NCBI GenBank assembly: GCA_963806705.1
Contig: CAWDZE010000007.1
Location: 25,037 to 89,036 of the forward strand
DNA length: 64,000 nucleotides
DNA from: Vicinamibacteria bacterium
Lineage (GTDB): Bacteria; Acidobacteriota; Vicinamibacteria; Vicinamibacterales; JAENWD01
Reading direction: 5' to 3'
Below, piece after piece: positions 61,773 through 64,000 of this stretch (its first letter is position 1; each line of letters opens with the position of its first letter). The translations under genes were made by a program, and so were the position numbers. The notes beneath the pieces are model-generated. The model did not search any database. It had not been told where the DNA came from and saw only the letters and a program-made list of their open reading frames with translations.

Positions 61773-62727
61773 TCACCGAAACAGTTCCTGGAATGCGGCC
61801 CGGACCATTAGCGGAGGGTCATGATCGATGCCCGCTGCAAGCCGGAGTCGCCATGCCAGCGGAACCCCCAGAGAATTCGCCTCCTCGGTGGCCGTCGCGA
61901 AGAAGCGCAAGCCTCGGGCGACGCGGTTCTGACCCTGGGCCATCGCATCGCTGGTATGTCGGGAATCGATCGCCTGCTCTTCCGGGACGGTCTGCGGTTC
62001 CGTGTCCTTATCTCCCAACAGAAGGACGAGGTCGCGTCCAAGCGCGCGAGCGAGTACGGCCGAATCCACCGCCGTGCCTCCCAACCCGTATGGGAAATCA
62101 ACGGAGCGCACCGGGAGCGCATATCGGCCCGGTGTCGACGCGATGGCGCGGCGAAAGCGAGCCCCGGGTACGAAGAGCACCAAGCGATGAACGAACTGTC
62201 CACCGGACGAGTGTCCCACGATGTCATATGTTGGACTCGTCAGTCCCGCGTGCTCTCGGACGAAGTCAAAGAGATGCTCGATTGCGAGGAAGGTCCACTC
62301 CCGCTCTGGAAGCAACTTGCCTCCTGAGTCCGTCATGTTGCCGAAGTCATACATCCATCGGCCGGGATAATGTTCTTGCGAGAATTCCGGAGCCAGGAGC
62401 ACGAAGCCGTGCTCTGGGGCGTACTGCTCGCCAATATCGCGTGCCTGACGGCCAGTGCGTGAGCTGCCGTGCATGAGAAACACGATCCGCATCGACGGAG
62501 CGAGCTGTGCTGGCCGGCAGGTACCAAACCGTGATGGGCCGCGCCGCGTTGCCACGGTCATCGCGGAAGACGAAACTGCCGAAGGTGTCGCCGAGGATCG
62601 TGGCCTGCTCAGCGGCAGCAGCCGGATTCCCAAACAGGACGCCCTTCGGCGAAGGCAAAGCGAGTTGCCACAGGAACACGCCGAGTCCAAGTGGTGCCAA
62701 CCTGCGCCGCAGAGTTCTTCGGTTCAC
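61773..62727 (-). pseudogene. Secreted alpha/beta hydrolase (esterase/depolymerase-like), frame disruption near 62500
   Basis: ORF 62347..62727 gives a signal peptide plus PITVWYLPAS. ORF 61773..62690 continues IVFLMHGSSRTG ... nucleophile elbow GHSSGG. Confidence 0.6.
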
Positions 62728-62863
62728 GCGCGTCAGCCTCTCCGTCCGTCGACGCTCGCGTCAGTCAGCGCGCCGCGTGGCGCGACGCCTGCGCCTCATT
62801 TTAGGAAGCGGCGTGACACGCGAGTGCGTCCGCTGCAACGCGTTGTTCGGCGGCCCGTGCCTC

Positions 62864-63331
62864 TCAGTGTCGGGCCGACGTCGTGTCACGAGCATCGGAG
62901 ATCAGGTGGCTCACTATCCGCCACTCATCCTGCTCCTTGACTAGGACGCGTTGGTGACTGGTCCTCCGCGTTCCAAGCTGCTCACCAGACGGCGATGTCT
63001 GTCCTTCCCTCTCGACCTGCGTGATGACGACCGCCACCGCGGGAGCGATGAAGCGGATCTCCTGCGCGACGACTCGGCTCCGGGCACCCATGACAAACGC
63101 CAGCCCGAATACTTCCTTCAACCTTGTGGCGATCGCATCGCGGCCGTGCTCGCGCATGCCAAAGGCGTTGATCCAGTCTGCGTCCACAGAATAGCCCTGT
63201 GCGGCCAACTCCGCGTTCTTGGTCCGCCAACCCTCATTCCATGTCTCGACAACAGCCTCGACTGCAGCGCGGTCGGCCCCTGCTGCGGAAGCTGGACCAG
63301 CCAACAGCAAGGCCAACACAATCGCACTCAT
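62864..63331 (-). CDS. SgcJ/EcaC-type (DUF4440, SnoaL-like) NTF2-fold protein with signal peptide
   Basis: MSAIVLALLLAGPASAA, then DRAAVEAVVETWNEGWRTKNAELAA ... WRIVSHLIS. Confidence 0.6.
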   Translation of the reverse strand: MSAIVLALLLAGPASAAGADRAAVEAVVETWNEGWRTKNAELAAQGYSVDADWINAFGMREHGRDAIATRLKEVFGLAFVMGARSRVVAQEIRFIAPAVAVVITQVEREGQTSPSGEQLGTRRTSHQRVLVKEQDEWRIVSHLISDARDTTSARH

Positions 63332-64000
63332 CGCACCCTCCAGCCCTCCTGTCTTACTCCCACACCTCTCTCGGGTAACGGAACCGGGGAACCTCCATGT
63401 CCGCCGAACTAATAGTAGGCTGACCACCTTTCCTGGATTAGGCCGACCCGCATAACACCGCGTTCTCCGCAGCCACCCCCGGCCTCGCGCGCCAACTTCC
63501 TGGTCGGTCCCGTAAAGTCGCCTAGTGGCGACCGTCCGTCGGGACGCGGATGGGTCGTCCCTGCGGCGTTTATGAGGAAGACTTCAGGACCGCGACCGCT
63601 TCGACGCGGACAAACACGTCGCCTTCTCCATACCGCCTCGCTTGACGCTCGCTACTGCGCGACTGCTCGTTACCTATGCTTCTAGCCCGCAGGCGGCAAT
63701 CGGTGGTTGCCTTCGGCTACCGATGGTCTGGGCCACGCCACCAAGTGGCGTTTACCGCGGCAAGTCCTTTACCTTGAACCGCTGCGCGCTGGCCCGCCGA
63801 CCCAGCACATCGTAGGCAATCACCGAGCGTGACCGCGCCCGTGTGGGGCAGCTGACGGCTGAATCGCAGCACGCGGGTCTGTGCCGATGCGAGTGGTCTG
63901 CCGTCCGCTGAGCGCGAAGGTCTCGCTCGCCGCGGCCAGCACCCGCTGGTCCTTTCCGCGCACGCGCGCCAGCACCGTAAGGCCGCCTTCAAACGTGCCC

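Noticed and set aside
63717-64000. Partial minus-strand coding region at the window edge
   Set aside because: Coding-like peptide pieces (GTFEGGLTVLARVRGKDQRVLAAASETFALS / ADGRPLASAQTRVLRF / YDVLGRRASAQRFKVKDLPR*) appear only if three frames are spliced. No family is recognised and the sequence is truncated by the window, so it is too weak to call.

Overview
High-GC bacterial chromosome window. Hand counts of single 60-nt lines give 46/60 G+C at 5701, against 25/60 at 55321 and 28/60 at 54661. Gene content suggests Acidobacteriota, which is inference only: PSCyt/DUF1549/DUF1553 plus DUF1501, Ser/Thr kinases fused to TolB-like or TPR domains, and an FtsX/ADOP-type permease remnant. Layout: (1) 1-10330 is a co-directional sulfate-assimilation, siroheme and heme-biosynthesis gene string (cysA' cysH cysC, precorrin-2 dehydrogenase, cobA, sulfite reductase, hemA C D B L) with several overlapping stop/start codons. 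(2) 10331-10967 is a REP-associated tyrosine transposase (RAYT) flanked by two copies of a perfect 19-bp-stem hairpin, and a third, extended copy lies at 31850-31938. (3) 10975-17648 holds galK, galT, an alanine/cation symporter, an SDR, a hydrolase and an ENPP-like phosphodiesterase. (4) 17665-23869 is a three-gene cluster of unknown function: an LRR c-type cytochrome, a DUF1501 protein and a 1100-aa PSCyt/DUF1549/LamG/DUF1553 protein. (5) 24803-31850 holds an ECF-type sigma factor, a zf-HC2 anti-sigma factor with BNR repeats, a DUF4139 protein, small secreted proteins and an M2 (ACE-like) peptidase. (6) 36987-41928 is a divergent pair of twin-arginine-signal enolase-superfamily dehydratases plus a GMC oxidoreductase. 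(7) 41966-52137 is mixed housekeeping and DUF genes. (8) About 52150-63400 is a mosaic, partly decayed accessory region. It contains TonB and hydrolase fragments, a low-GC HD-GYP/GAF/degenerate-GGDEF membrane protein, an S8 peptidase with about 17 near-identical octapeptide (ADSLVWGN) repeats, an excisionase-type HTH, an orphan SBP and a serine-recombinase remnant. Two window-wide signals stand out. Short-period tandem repeat arrays (8-mer CCGTGAAC, 7-mers GATTGCA/GGTTGCA, a 10-mer) occupy many intergenic gaps. At least about 20 single-base frame disruptions hit otherwise conserved genes, so the window contains either many pseudogenes or unpolished assembly errors. No rRNA, tRNA or CRISPR array was found. 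Start codons are approximate for most genes. Family names are from motif recognition by eye, not from searches.
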